The notes under the pieces: generated by a model
What the model was told of the DNA's origin: nothing
Database searches by the model: none
What the model saw: only the letters and a program-made list of their open reading frames with translations
Shown here: in pieces, positions 40,179-49,331 of the stretch
How the letters are laid out: every line of letters begins with the position of its first letter
Position numbering within the stretch: position 1 is the stretch's first letter
Translations under genes and position numbers: made by a program
Virus record (IMG/VR): IMGVR_UViG_3300046002_006949
Coordinates: 4,045-68,044 of that record
Length of the DNA: 64,000 nucleotides
Strand: one strand, 5' to 3'
Origin: a virus

Positions 40179-40646
40179 ATGGCACGTCTTACTCTGATCT
40201 CCGCCAGTGCTCAACTCGTAAGCTCACCGTCCCGGCTTCGAGCGTTGTTTACCAAGTGTGACGATAACTTCACGGAGCTTTACGGCTACGCGAGTACCGC
40301 CGCGGCTGCTGTCACAGCGACCACCGGTGGTGCTACGACCGGGCTCATCCCAGCCACTGCCAACTTCGTCACGGTGACGAGTGATAGTGCTAACAAGCAG
40401 ATCAGCCTGCCGGCCGCCACCATCGGCAAGCAGATCACGATCCAGGTCGGAGCGACGGCGTGTGAGCTGATATCGTCTGTTGCGGCTGACAAGCTCAACA
40501 ACGTCACAGTTGGTGCGACCAACGAGGCGGCCCTCACTGCCAACAACACGTACCTGTTGCAGTACGTGGCGGCTAACACTTGGATCATGACCGGCTGGAC
40601 TAACCTCGGTGCTGTACAGACAGCGGTTATTCCTGACGCTCTGTGA
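40179..40646 (+). CDS. Minor structural protein
   Basis: Ala/Thr-rich beta protein (ISLPAATIGKQITI); AAGGA RBS. Confidence 0.65.
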   Translation: MARLTLISASAQLVSSPSRLRALFTKCDDNFTELYGYASTAAAAVTATTGGATTGLIPATANFVTVTSDSANKQISLPAATIGKQITIQVGATACELISSVAADKLNNVTVGATNEAALTANNTYLLQYVAANTWIMTGWTNLGAVQTAVIPDAL

Positions 40647-40706
40647 TTCTTGTTTCATGGGTAGGACCGTCCAACGAATTGGGCGGTCCACTTCGAGGGA
40701 CTCATC

Positions 40707-41021
40707 ATGCCGATCATCGAAATCGACAAAGAAACCCGGGCACAGGTTGCTACCTGGGTAACAAGCCAAAGTTTCACCAACGTACTACTCGCTGTGATAG
40801 TGTCAGCGATCATCTATCTCGGCTACTACATCCTGTCGGTGGCGATGCCGGGAGCCCTGAAGGACGTCCAGACCGGGTATGAGTTAATCAATACTGAAAA
40901 TCGTGAGGATCGTCAGCAGATTCGGGACGACAATATTCGGCTAGTCAACTTGATCCTGAAAGACAGGGGGGAGGAGCCACTGTCTGAAGCCCCACTGTCA
41001 AATACTGGTTCCGGTAAATAG
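40707..41021 (+). CDS. Holin-like single-TM protein
   Basis: VLLAVIVSAIIYLGYYILSV followed by a charged coiled-coil tail. Confidence 0.5.
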   Translation: MPIIEIDKETRAQVATWVTSQSFTNVLLAVIVSAIIYLGYYILSVAMPGALKDVQTGYELINTENREDRQQIRDDNIRLVNLILKDRGEEPLSEAPLSNTGSGK

Positions 41022-41046
41022 GTAGTCTACACTCTGAGGGGTTCTA

Positions 41047-44000
41047 ATGCCTGATCAAAACCTGGCCGCTGCTGTTGAGGTATTGGTCGGAGGAACGTCT
41101 GGTACATTCTTGGTGTGCAGCGGGGCCAACGCTTTGGTGTCGCAGAAGACAGCCTCCGAAGTTCGGACGTTGCTCAGTGTACTCACGTCCGCCCAGATCG
41201 CGGCGGCGTACCAACCCCTCGGAAGCTACGCGAGTAGTGTCCATACTCACGTCCAGTCAGACATCACCGGCCTCGTATCCGCACTGGCGGCGAAAGCATC
41301 AACGTCACACAAGGCCGAGCACGTAGTCGGTGGGTCAGACGCATTCACTGCCGCGGACATCCGGGGGGTACTCGGGGTAACCACGTTGTCCGGGTCAAAC
41401 ACTGGTGATCAAGACTTGAGTTCGTATCTGACATCAGCAGCGGCTGCGTCAACCTACGTGTCACTTGCTGGAAGCTACACGAACCCGTCATGGATCGTCA
41501 GCATCCCGAACACGAAGGTCACTGGCCTTGGGACTCTGTCGACTCAATCAGGCACGTTCTCTGGGACATCATCCGGGACTAACACAGGGGATCAGGATCT
41601 CTCAAGCTATGCGACCACGGCGGCTGTAGCGTCAGGCTATCAGCCTCTTGAGAATAGACTAACTGCGATTACCAACATGGAGGCCGTAAACTATGGCCTC
41701 ATGCAGTTCCGATTTGGTGCGCTTCTAGCCCGGTCGATCACACAGATAAAAGTAGATCTCGGCTTAGACGGGTATAACACTGGGGATCAAGATCTCACAA
41801 GCTACCTAACATCAGCTACCGCAGCATCGACATACGCGACTATCGCCGCAGGTCAACCTGTCTCGGGCACTGTCGGTCAAGTGCTGACGAAGAACTCTGG
41901 GACGAATTACGATTCCTCATGGTCAACGCTGGTCCTTGGCGACCGTTACTTAACCACGTCGACCACCAGTAACACGCTGAGTAACACCGTCAAGTCGTTC
42001 ACGATTGGAACTGGTCTGGCTTACACGCCAACGCAGAACATCACGATTGCCTACGATGCCTCAAACCATATGCACGGAGAGGTTGTCACGTACAACTCAG
42101 GGACCGGGGCGCTGAGTGTCGACATCAAGAACCACACCGGCGCAGGAACCTATACGGCATGGGTTGTCAACGTTGGCGGGATTGCTCCGGCAACCGTTGT
42201 GTCGTGGGGCGACATCATCGGTACTCTCGGGCTTCAGACGGACTTAGCAACGGCGTTGAATGGTAAGCTCGAAGTAACTACGGCGGCAACAACCTACCAA
42301 CCTCTCGATTCCGACCTCACAACGATCGCGGCACTGAGTCCCACGAACGACGACTTTGTTCAACGCAAGGCGGGAGTGTGGACTAACCGGACAGTGGCGC
42401 AGATCAAGACTGATTTGAGTCTCACAGGCACTAACTCAGGCGATCAGGATCTATCCTCCTACGCCACCACTGCCTCGGTCGTTGCTGGTTATGTTGCATT
42501 GACAGGAGCACAGACGGTTGCTGGAGTGAAGACTTTCTCTTCAGCAGTGACGATTCCCACTGGCAACTTCTCGGCCCCCACTCTCAACTTTACCGGAGCA
42601 ACCACTTCAGGTTTATACTTCAGTGCAACATCCTACGACAAAGTGGGTGTCTCTGTGGGAGGAGCTGATTCAGCTACCTTTGACGGTGTCGGTAATTTCT
42701 ACATGGGTGGAACCGATCCTGCAATCAGGATGGGAACATCAGGCCCGAAGATCCGAGTCAGTGGCACCTACATCTACCTCACCCAGACTGACGGAACAAC
42801 ACCCGCCCGACTGGATACCGGTGCCCTCAATGTTACTGGAGCCATCGCTGCTACTGGAGCAGTCACCGGGTCTAATCTCTCAGGAACGAACACCGGCGAT
42901 CAAGACCTTTCCTCCTACTTGACTTCAGCAACGGCAACTTCAACCTATGTCCCTCTCACAAGAACTCTGAACACGCTGGCTCTGTCCAGCAATCAGACAT
43001 TCGCCGTAGCGTCAACCGGTACTGATTTTGCCATCACTAGCACCGGCACAACTCACACCTTCGCCATCCCTACTGCATCAGCTACAGCCAGAGGGTTAGT
43101 GAGTACAGGTGCCCAGACGATTGCCGGGGCGAAGACGTTTACATCTACACTTACCTATCAAGTAGAGGCAGCACTTTCCCAAACGTATAAGTGTTATAAT
43201 GACACGACGACAAATGGAACGCAGTTTATTTGCCAACGTGCAAGAGGAACACTCGCGGTCCCGCTATACCCGCTTGCCAGTGACGTTTTCGTGGGGCACT
43301 ACGCTTATGGATGGGATCAGTCCACGGGGGCGTTTACTACTCTAAGGGGATCTTTCGCATGTACTGCTGCTGATGACTGGACGGACAGCGGGAACGGTAC
43401 GCAGTGGACGTGGCAAACCACCCCCATCGACACAAAAGTTCTCGCCAACCGAATGCGACTACACGCGGACGGGGATCTGACTATCGGGGGCATCGTATCG
43501 ACAGATGGACTGGTTCAGCTAGTAGGTACTAACAATCTTTTGACAGGTCTGGGCACGGCAACAAACAGGCTGCGGTTCACAGATACAGATGGCGCAACTG
43601 CTCCCAATCAGCCTATCGGTGAAATTGAGTTCTATTCTTCGGACGCTTCCCCTACGGCGGTTGGTGTCAGAGGTGTGTTTGGTGCTTACGCAGAATCAAC
43701 CACTGCCGCTACTGCATTCGTCTGGGGGCTGGATGTATCAACGGGATCTCCTTCAGAGAAGATGCGGCTAAACTCTGCCGGAAAGCTGGGCATCGGAACG
43801 GGGACAACGATATCAGCTTTTGCACATATCATCGGTACGGCGGAACAGTTGCGAGTTGGCTACGATGTGAGCAACTACTACACGACAACCGTATCTTCCG
43901 CTGGGGCTATTACCTTCGATGCAGTCGGTGCTTCTGCTGGCTTCACGTTCTCGGATGCGGTGACTTTGTCGAGTACTTCTACCGCCACCGGATTACTTAC

Positions 44001-44376
44001 AGCGACGGCAGGGGTCAAGACAACTAAAACAATTTATCAGACCACTGAAACTACGAGCACACCGGCTGCTGGTGCGGTGACAATTGACCTCACTTTGAAC
44101 AACCATCAGACGCTGTCTCTGACTTCCCTGGCTGCGTTGGGCACGTCGCAAGTGACGTTCACTCCGCCAACGGGATCTTCTGCGGGCACCTTGATTGTTA
44201 AACAACACGCCAGCGCATCTAAGGACATCACGACGTGGGCAGTCACGGGAGGAACGATAAAGTGGATGGGCACTGAACCCAACTGGGTTGGTGATGCCGC
44301 TACGAATCTCAGAGTTGTGTCGTGGCGTTGGGACGGTTCAATCATGTATCTCGCGGCAACAGATGTGGGGACTTGA
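41047..44376 (+). CDS. Long tail fibre protein
   Basis: 1109 aa T/S/G/A-rich; [11 protein letters not shown], five NT/SGDQDL(S/T)SY repeats, [24 protein letters not shown] fibre motifs. Confidence 0.85.
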   Translation: MPDQNLAAAVEVLVGGTSGTFLVCSGANALVSQKTASEVRTLLSVLTSAQIAAAYQPLGSYASSVHTHVQSDITGLVSALAAKASTSHKAEHVVGGSDAFTAADIRGVLGVTTLSGSNTGDQDLSSYLTSAAAASTYVSLAGSYTNPSWIVSIPNTKVTGLGTLSTQSGTFSGTSSGTNTGDQDLSSYATTAAVASGYQPLENRLTAITNMEAVNYGLMQFRFGALLARSITQIKVDLGLDGYNTGDQDLTSYLTSATAASTYATIAAGQPVSGTVGQVLTKNSGTNYDSSWSTLVLGDRYLTTSTTSNTLSNTVKSFTIGTGLAYTPTQNITIAYDASNHMHGEVVTYNSGTGALSVDIKNHTGAGTYTAWVVNVGGIAPATVVSWGDIIGTLGLQTDLATALNGKLEVTTAATTYQPLDSDLTTIAALSPTNDDFVQRKAGVWTNRTVAQIKTDLSLTGTNSGDQDLSSYATTASVVAGYVALTGAQTVAGVKTFSSAVTIPTGNFSAPTLNFTGATTSGLYFSATSYDKVGVSVGGADSATFDGVGNFYMGGTDPAIRMGTSGPKIRVSGTYIYLTQTDGTTPARLDTGALNVTGAIAATGAVTGSNLSGTNTGDQDLSSYLTSATATSTYVPLTRTLNTLALSSNQTFAVASTGTDFAITSTGTTHTFAIPTASATARGLVSTGAQTIAGAKTFTSTLTYQVEAALSQTYKCYNDTTTNGTQFICQRARGTLAVPLYPLASDVFVGHYAYGWDQSTGAFTTLRGSFACTAADDWTDSGNGTQWTWQTTPIDTKVLANRMRLHADGDLTIGGIVSTDGLVQLVGTNNLLTGLGTATNRLRFTDTDGATAPNQPIGEIEFYSSDASPTAVGVRGVFGAYAESTTAATAFVWGLDVSTGSPSEKMRLNSAGKLGIGTGTTISAFAHIIGTAEQLRVGYDVSNYYTTTVSSAGAITFDAVGASAGFTFSDAVTLSSTSTATGLLTATAGVKTTKTIYQTTETTSTPAAGAVTIDLTLNNHQTLSLTSLAALGTSQVTFTPPTGSSAGTLIVKQHASASKDITTWAVTGGTIKWMGTEPNWVGDAATNLRVVSWRWDGSIMYLAATDVGT

Positions 44377-44377
44377 T

Positions 44378-45001
44378 ATGCCGACCGATAGCTACAGTTC
44401 AGGGTCAGGAAACTGGACGGTCCCGGCTGGTGTTACGTCTGTTGATATTACTTTATGGGGTGGTGGTGGTGGCGGGGGTGGTGGTGGTGATGCGGGTTCT
44501 GGTCAAGGTGCGAGCGGCGGTGGCGGCGGCGGCTACTGCCAGAAACTGGCACTGGCCGTTACACCGGGAAACACGATTGCGTACGCCGTTGGTGCCGGTG
44601 GCGCAAAAGGCGTGGCAGTTGTGGGCGATGACGGAACGGATGGCACTGCCGGGGGGAACTCCACTGTTGCAGGGGGCACATATACTGCGAATGGTGGTGC
44701 CGGGGGAATACATCTAAGCGCTGCGACAACTGCGGGCGGGACGGCATCTGGTGGGACTACCAATACGACGGGTGGGACCGGTGCCGGGAAAATCGGTAAT
44801 ACTGGTGGTGCCGGTGGGTCTGCTCCTTCTGGTGGTGCTGGTGGTGCCGCTAGAACCAACGGGAGTGCTCCAGGTGGCGGCGGCGGCGGCGGTTCCAAAA
44901 CATTCGATGGTGGAAATGGCGCGGCTGGTCGAGTCGATTTTACATATACTGCTTCTGGCGGAGGATCGACCGGGGCAAAATTCTTTTTCAATGCCTTTTA
45001 G
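44378..45001 (+). CDS. Glycine-rich tail-fibre-associated protein
   Basis: WTVPAGVTSVDITLWGGGGGGG, GGGGGY, VTPG..VGAGG motifs. Confidence 0.8.
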   Translation: MPTDSYSSGSGNWTVPAGVTSVDITLWGGGGGGGGGGDAGSGQGASGGGGGGYCQKLALAVTPGNTIAYAVGAGGAKGVAVVGDDGTDGTAGGNSTVAGGTYTANGGAGGIHLSAATTAGGTASGGTTNTTGGTGAGKIGNTGGAGGSAPSGGAGGAARTNGSAPGGGGGGGSKTFDGGNGAAGRVDFTYTASGGGSTGAKFFFNAF

Positions 45002-45012
45002 GTATTCGACCG

Positions 45013-45222
45013 ATGCGGATTGTGGTATCTATAATCATTTTCGCATCGCTGTTCGCCTCAGCCGTTTCTCCGGACTACTGGCTGGGGAACATGATGGACC
45101 GCAACGAAGAGATTCGACGGGAGAATCTTAGAATCTACGAAGAGAGTGGAGAGACGCCGTACCGAGTTGTTGACCGGTTCGGAGGATCTGTTATTGAGTA
45201 TCATCTGAACCGGACTGAGTAG
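45013..45222 (+). CDS. Small exported protein
   Basis: Signal-peptide-like N-terminus. Confidence 0.5.
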   Translation: MRIVVSIIIFASLFASAVSPDYWLGNMMDRNEEIRRENLRIYEESGETPYRVVDRFGGSVIEYHLNRTE

Positions 45223-45314
45223 GGTCTAGGCGGGATAGTCATGGGAAAATCAATGCTGACGGTTGTTTCCGTGCAGCCAAAGAAGCCGTTAGTACTTAAT
45301 ACTGGATCTTCCGA

Positions 45315-46286
45315 ATGACAACGCATACAGCCGTGATAGGGACAGTGTCCGGGCAATCGCTGACAGCAGTGCTGTTTGCGGTGTCAGTGCCCGATACGAT
45401 AGCGTACACGGCGGGGAGCGTGGTCGAGAGGACGAACGCTAAAGGGCAATACGTCGCCTCGTTCACCAACGTGGCGGCTGGGGATTACACCCTGATCGTG
45501 TCCATCGGGTCCGTCCCGGCTGCGTACGGCGGGAGGACCTTCACCGGAGTCAACGCTGAGGTGGCGACGACTACGCCAGAGATCGTGGCCCTGAAATCAG
45601 CGACCCAGTTGCAGATAGACGATATCGAGGTCGACGCTGCGGCCTCTGTGGGGTACCTGACAACGCTTGTGTCTCGTGTGACGTCAGGTGTCGCGTCCAT
45701 GTGGGCTGACCTTGTGACGATGATCATCGGGGACGGGACAGCGAACGCACAATGGTCGACTAAAGCCTTGGAGCTTGCACCTGCTGGTGGTGGGGGCGGG
45801 GGCGGCGGAGACGCCACTCTAGCCAACCAAGTGCTCATCCTCGACGCGATCGACAACTACATCTCTTCCACCATAGCCTCAGTAAACGGGACCACAGGAA
45901 TGTTAATCGGATTTCCAACATCACTACACATCGGTGACAGCTACACGGACTCGTCGGACAGCTCGATCCATGTCTTCATCCGAGATGCCAACGACGCCCC
46001 GATAACCGATGTCGGGGACTTCGCGTTCACGGACGCGACCTTCGCCCCGATAGTGGTTATCACCCAGTCGGGCACGGTCAGCCGGGTGCGGGCGTCGGTA
46101 ACATACGTCGATCCGGGGGCGGCCGAGTCGTACCTGAAGGTACAAATCCCATCAGGCGAAACTCGGCGGGCGGCACCCGGTATCGCCACGATTCAGTGCA
46201 TCCTGCGATGGGTTGACGCGGACGATAAGGTGCTGTGCCAAAAGACGATCTCCAGTCAGGCCGTCACTTGGGTTGAAATGATTTAA
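45315..46286 (+). CDS. Structural protein with Ig-like/beta domains and a poly-Gly linker
   Basis: 323 aa, last gene of the late operon. Confidence 0.7.
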   Translation: MTTHTAVIGTVSGQSLTAVLFAVSVPDTIAYTAGSVVERTNAKGQYVASFTNVAAGDYTLIVSIGSVPAAYGGRTFTGVNAEVATTTPEIVALKSATQLQIDDIEVDAAASVGYLTTLVSRVTSGVASMWADLVTMIIGDGTANAQWSTKALELAPAGGGGGGGGDATLANQVLILDAIDNYISSTIASVNGTTGMLIGFPTSLHIGDSYTDSSDSSIHVFIRDANDAPITDVGDFAFTDATFAPIVVITQSGTVSRVRASVTYVDPGAAESYLKVQIPSGETRRAAPGIATIQCILRWVDADDKVLCQKTISSQAVTWVEMI

Positions 46287-46304
46287 TATTTCTTTACAGA
46301 ACGA

Positions 46305-46333
46305 TTGACAAAAAGTTTCTGTACCGCTAGAGT
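46305..46333 (+). promoter_or_regulatory. sigma70-type promoter of the replication operon
   Basis: TTGACA-17 nt-TAGAGT with AT-rich upstream sequence. Confidence 0.75.
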
Positions 46334-46361
46334 ACCTCCGTTCCTTTTACGGAGGTGCTCT

Positions 46362-46964
46362 ATGCAAATTTCTATTACAGTTGGACTGGACGAGCTACGC
46401 TCACTGCCCTTTGAATGGCAGAAAAAGATCCTCGCGTCGTTGGATCTTCCGGTCTCCCCGCCTGCTTACGCAGAACCTGTACCCCAGGTGGCTCAGTTTT
46501 CACAGCAAGCTCCGGTCCCAACGCCGATGCCAGCGTTTGCTCCACCAACCCAGCAGGTTCAGCAGCCACCGAAGCAACCGGTCATGCAGAACGGTGTGCC
46601 GACGTTTCTGCCAGACAAAGGCTTCGTGACCCAGCAGAGCGTAGCTCTCGACGTCCTGAGTGGCCAGCCAATCCAGCCACCGGTCCAGATGAGTCAGGCC
46701 CCGGTCATGCCTCAGTTCCAGTCGGCACCGGTTAACGTCACACCTATCGGTATCTCCGGTACCGTGATGGCGCCGATGCAGACTCCGCCGGGAGCCGCTG
46801 ACCCAGCTACTGTCCGAGCCGCGGCGATTCAAGCCTTCAACCGAGGTGGACGAGAAATCGTTGCCGCCGCAGAGGCTGCCAGCGGCGTCAAGATTATGGC
46901 ACTGGCCCCGGACAACGCTCACCTGTTGGCCCACGCCTTGCGGGAGCGGGGAGTTGCGGTATGA
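46362..46964 (+). CDS. Pro/Gln-rich hypothetical protein
   Basis: GGAGG RBS; position before DUF2800 as in APSE-like modules. Confidence 0.7.
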   Translation: MQISITVGLDELRSLPFEWQKKILASLDLPVSPPAYAEPVPQVAQFSQQAPVPTPMPAFAPPTQQVQQPPKQPVMQNGVPTFLPDKGFVTQQSVALDVLSGQPIQPPVQMSQAPVMPQFQSAPVNVTPIGISGTVMAPMQTPPGAADPATVRAAAIQAFNRGGREIVAAAEAASGVKIMALAPDNAHLLAHALRERGVAV

Positions 46965-48202
46965 GTGGGAAACACTATCTCCTCGGCCCGTCAAGTCTAC
47001 CACGCATCCTGAACTGCATCGGGTCCCTCTACGGACCTGCTGCCCCGGACCCGTCTTCTCCGGCCGCAGAAGAAGGTACGACCTGCCACAGCCTGTTGGA
47101 ATTCTGTATGACCTTCGGGGTCAGTCCTCGTGACTGCCTCGGAAGTACAGACTTCAACGTGAAGTTTCCAATCACGATCGAGATGGTCGAAGGTGTTGAA
47201 CTGTTTCTGGACACACTCACAAGTGTCTGCACCGAGTTCGACCTCCCATCAACAGCGGTAGTATCTGAGCAGCAGTTGGTCCATCGTAGTATTCCGAATC
47301 AGATGTTTGGCGGTACTGCGGACTGCATCGTTGCTCATGGTAATACTCTGGTCGTGATGGACCTGAAGTACGGTCACAAGCAGGTGTACGCGGACAGTGA
47401 ACAGCTCACAGCCTACTCGCTGCTGGCCCTGGACTCACTCGGTGAACGGGCCAACGACATTACCAACGTCGTGCAGATCATCGTGCAGCCCCGGGGTAAC
47501 CCTCAGGTCAGCCGGCACGTACTCGGACAGGCCGAACTGTTCGACGTGTGGAACAGGGTCTCTCAGGCCGCCAGCTTTGTATTGGCTAACCCTGACATGA
47601 CTGAGCGGACGACGTTGGAGTACATGAAGGCCGGCGACTGGTGCAAGTACTGTCGCCGTAAAGAAGGTTGTCCTGCCCGTCAGACTCTGGTGACAGAGTT
47701 CGTTGAGCTGGGCACGTTCGTGAACCCGAATGATATGTCCTTGCTCGCATCACCAACTTCAGACCTGTCGACAGAGGTACTTATCGACTGGAAGAAGAAG
47801 TTCGATGTGATCAAGGACTTCATGAAGGGTGTGGAGACGGACCTGAAGAACCGTGCCGCCAATGGCGAAACGGTTCCGGGGTTCAAGTTAGTACTGGACT
47901 GGACCAACCGGCAGTACGTGGAGACCGATGAGGAGAAACTTCGTAAGAAGATTCCTCGGGTGTTCAAAGGTGTGATGGCGAAGGATATCATGGAGCAATC
48001 GCTGGTGTCCGTCGCCAAGCTGGAGAAGATCCTCAAGTCGAAAGACTTGTGGAAGCAGTTTAAGGACAAGTTCAACGAGCTTGTTACGACCAAACCTAAA
48101 GGTGTCAAATTGGTTGACGCCCGTTCGAGGGGTGAAGAAGTTCGCCCTGAGACAGCACTTGAGTTACTGAATGCTATGATTGAGGAAACCCCAGATGAGT
48201 AG
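46961..48202 (+). CDS. DUF2800-family Cas4-like PD-(D/E)xK nuclease
   Basis: LGPSS..RILNC.GS, AEEGT..H, FGGTADC, DLKYG, QLTAY, IVQPR, WCKYC....CP. Confidence 0.85.
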   Translation: MSGKHYLLGPSSLPRILNCIGSLYGPAAPDPSSPAAEEGTTCHSLLEFCMTFGVSPRDCLGSTDFNVKFPITIEMVEGVELFLDTLTSVCTEFDLPSTAVVSEQQLVHRSIPNQMFGGTADCIVAHGNTLVVMDLKYGHKQVYADSEQLTAYSLLALDSLGERANDITNVVQIIVQPRGNPQVSRHVLGQAELFDVWNRVSQAASFVLANPDMTERTTLEYMKAGDWCKYCRRKEGCPARQTLVTEFVELGTFVNPNDMSLLASPTSDLSTEVLIDWKKKFDVIKDFMKGVETDLKNRAANGETVPGFKLVLDWTNRQYVETDEEKLRKKIPRVFKGVMAKDIMEQSLVSVAKLEKILKSKDLWKQFKDKFNELVTTKPKGVKLVDARSRGEEVRPETALELLNAMIEETPDE

Positions 48203-49025
48203 TTTTGGCCCCCCACCCGGTGTAAACCCAGCAATGCCAACTCACAGCAGTGCCCCGCCTGCTCCGACGCACGGCAAATCGGAGGACCCGACACGCGTTG
48301 TCGTCGGCCCTCTAGTGATCAGCTACCCGAACCTGTTTATTCCTCGGCGGAAGGATTCCAAAGATCCATCCTCGCCGTTGGTGTACTCGGCGGAACTGAT
48401 CTGCTTCGCGGAGAACCCAGCGTACCAGACGATCTACCAGAAGCTCATGACCGCGGCCAACATCGTGTGTCAGGACAAGTTCAAACGATCGATTGATACG
48501 CTCGAAAAGCAACCACTCCGGCCCATTAAGATCCGGCCCGGCATGGAAACACGCAACGGGTTCTTCTTCGGAGCGAACTCTAACGCACAGTACGGTGCAC
48601 CGAAAGTGTACGTGGGTAACCCCGCGGTACCTGTCACTGACCCGGACGTGATCTACCCCGGTGCGATCGTCTACGTCACGGTGAAAGCCGGTGCGTACGA
48701 CAGCAACGGTAACAAGGGCGTCAAGTTCTACCTGAACGGAGTTCTCAAGGCCGCCGATGGTACGCCTCTGGTGGCCCCACGAGACGGGGCTCGGGACTTT
48801 GACGGGATTATGGCTGAATTGCCGGTAACCCCTGCTCAGCAGAGCTTCCAAGCACCTCCTGCGGCTGGCTACGACCCTGCTCAGCAGCATCAGGCCCCAC
48901 CAGCGGCACCTCAGATGCCTGGGTACCCGCCTCAGGGGTATGCTCAGCCACCGGTCATGCCTCCGGTGCCGGGGTACGGTATGCCACCAGGCTACGCGAT
49001 GCCCCCGGGATATCCTCAGCCGTAA
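48195..49025 (+). CDS. DUF2815-family ssDNA-binding protein with a Pro-rich tail
   Basis: ISYPNLF.P, YSAELI, IYPGA, AY..NGNKGVKFYLNGV...DG. Confidence 0.85.
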   Translation: MSSFGPPPGVNPAMPTHSSAPPAPTHGKSEDPTRVVVGPLVISYPNLFIPRRKDSKDPSSPLVYSAELICFAENPAYQTIYQKLMTAANIVCQDKFKRSIDTLEKQPLRPIKIRPGMETRNGFFFGANSNAQYGAPKVYVGNPAVPVTDPDVIYPGAIVYVTVKAGAYDSNGNKGVKFYLNGVLKAADGTPLVAPRDGARDFDGIMAELPVTPAQQSFQAPPAAGYDPAQQHQAPPAAPQMPGYPPQGYAQPPVMPPVPGYGMPPGYAMPPGYPQP

Positions 49026-49037
49026 CCAAACCGAGAT

Positions 49038-49064
49038 GGAGCCGGGTTCGCCCGGCTCCTCTTT
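49038..49064 (+). terminator. UUCG-loop hairpin / terminator after the SSB gene
   Basis: ggagccggg-ttcg-cccggctcc then tcttt. Confidence 0.6.
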
Positions 49065-49079
49065 CCAAAGGAGAGTACT

Positions 49080-49331
49080 GTGGTTGAAATGATTCGTGTA
49101 AAGGTTGAGGTCGAGGTAGTCGACCATGAAGCGACCGGGAAGATAATCAGGCAATGGCGAAGATGGCACTGCCTGACCATAGCAAAGGTGGCAGACACAG
49201 CCTGCCTGTCACATTCGTACCTGTCTCAACTTGAGTCAGGCAAAACTGTATGGACCGAGTCCGTATTCGCTCGGGTAGTAAACGCTCTGCAGATCATGAC
49301 AGGGGAATCGGAACCGTGCTTACGTGGCTAG
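49080..49331 (+). CDS. XRE-family HTH regulator
   Basis: IRQWRR..LTIAKVA...LSHSYLSQLESGK. Confidence 0.8.
   Translation: MVEMIRVKVEVEVVDHEATGKIIRQWRRWHCLTIAKVADTACLSHSYLSQLESGKTVWTESVFARVVNALQIMTGESEPCLRG

Noticed and set aside
44455-44535. GGT/GGC microsatellite as a contingency locus
   Set aside because: Explained by poly-Gly coding with mixed codons
46961-48202. cas4 as part of a CRISPR-Cas system
   Set aside because: Its context is the standard DUF2800-DUF2815-PolA replication module, with no other cas genes
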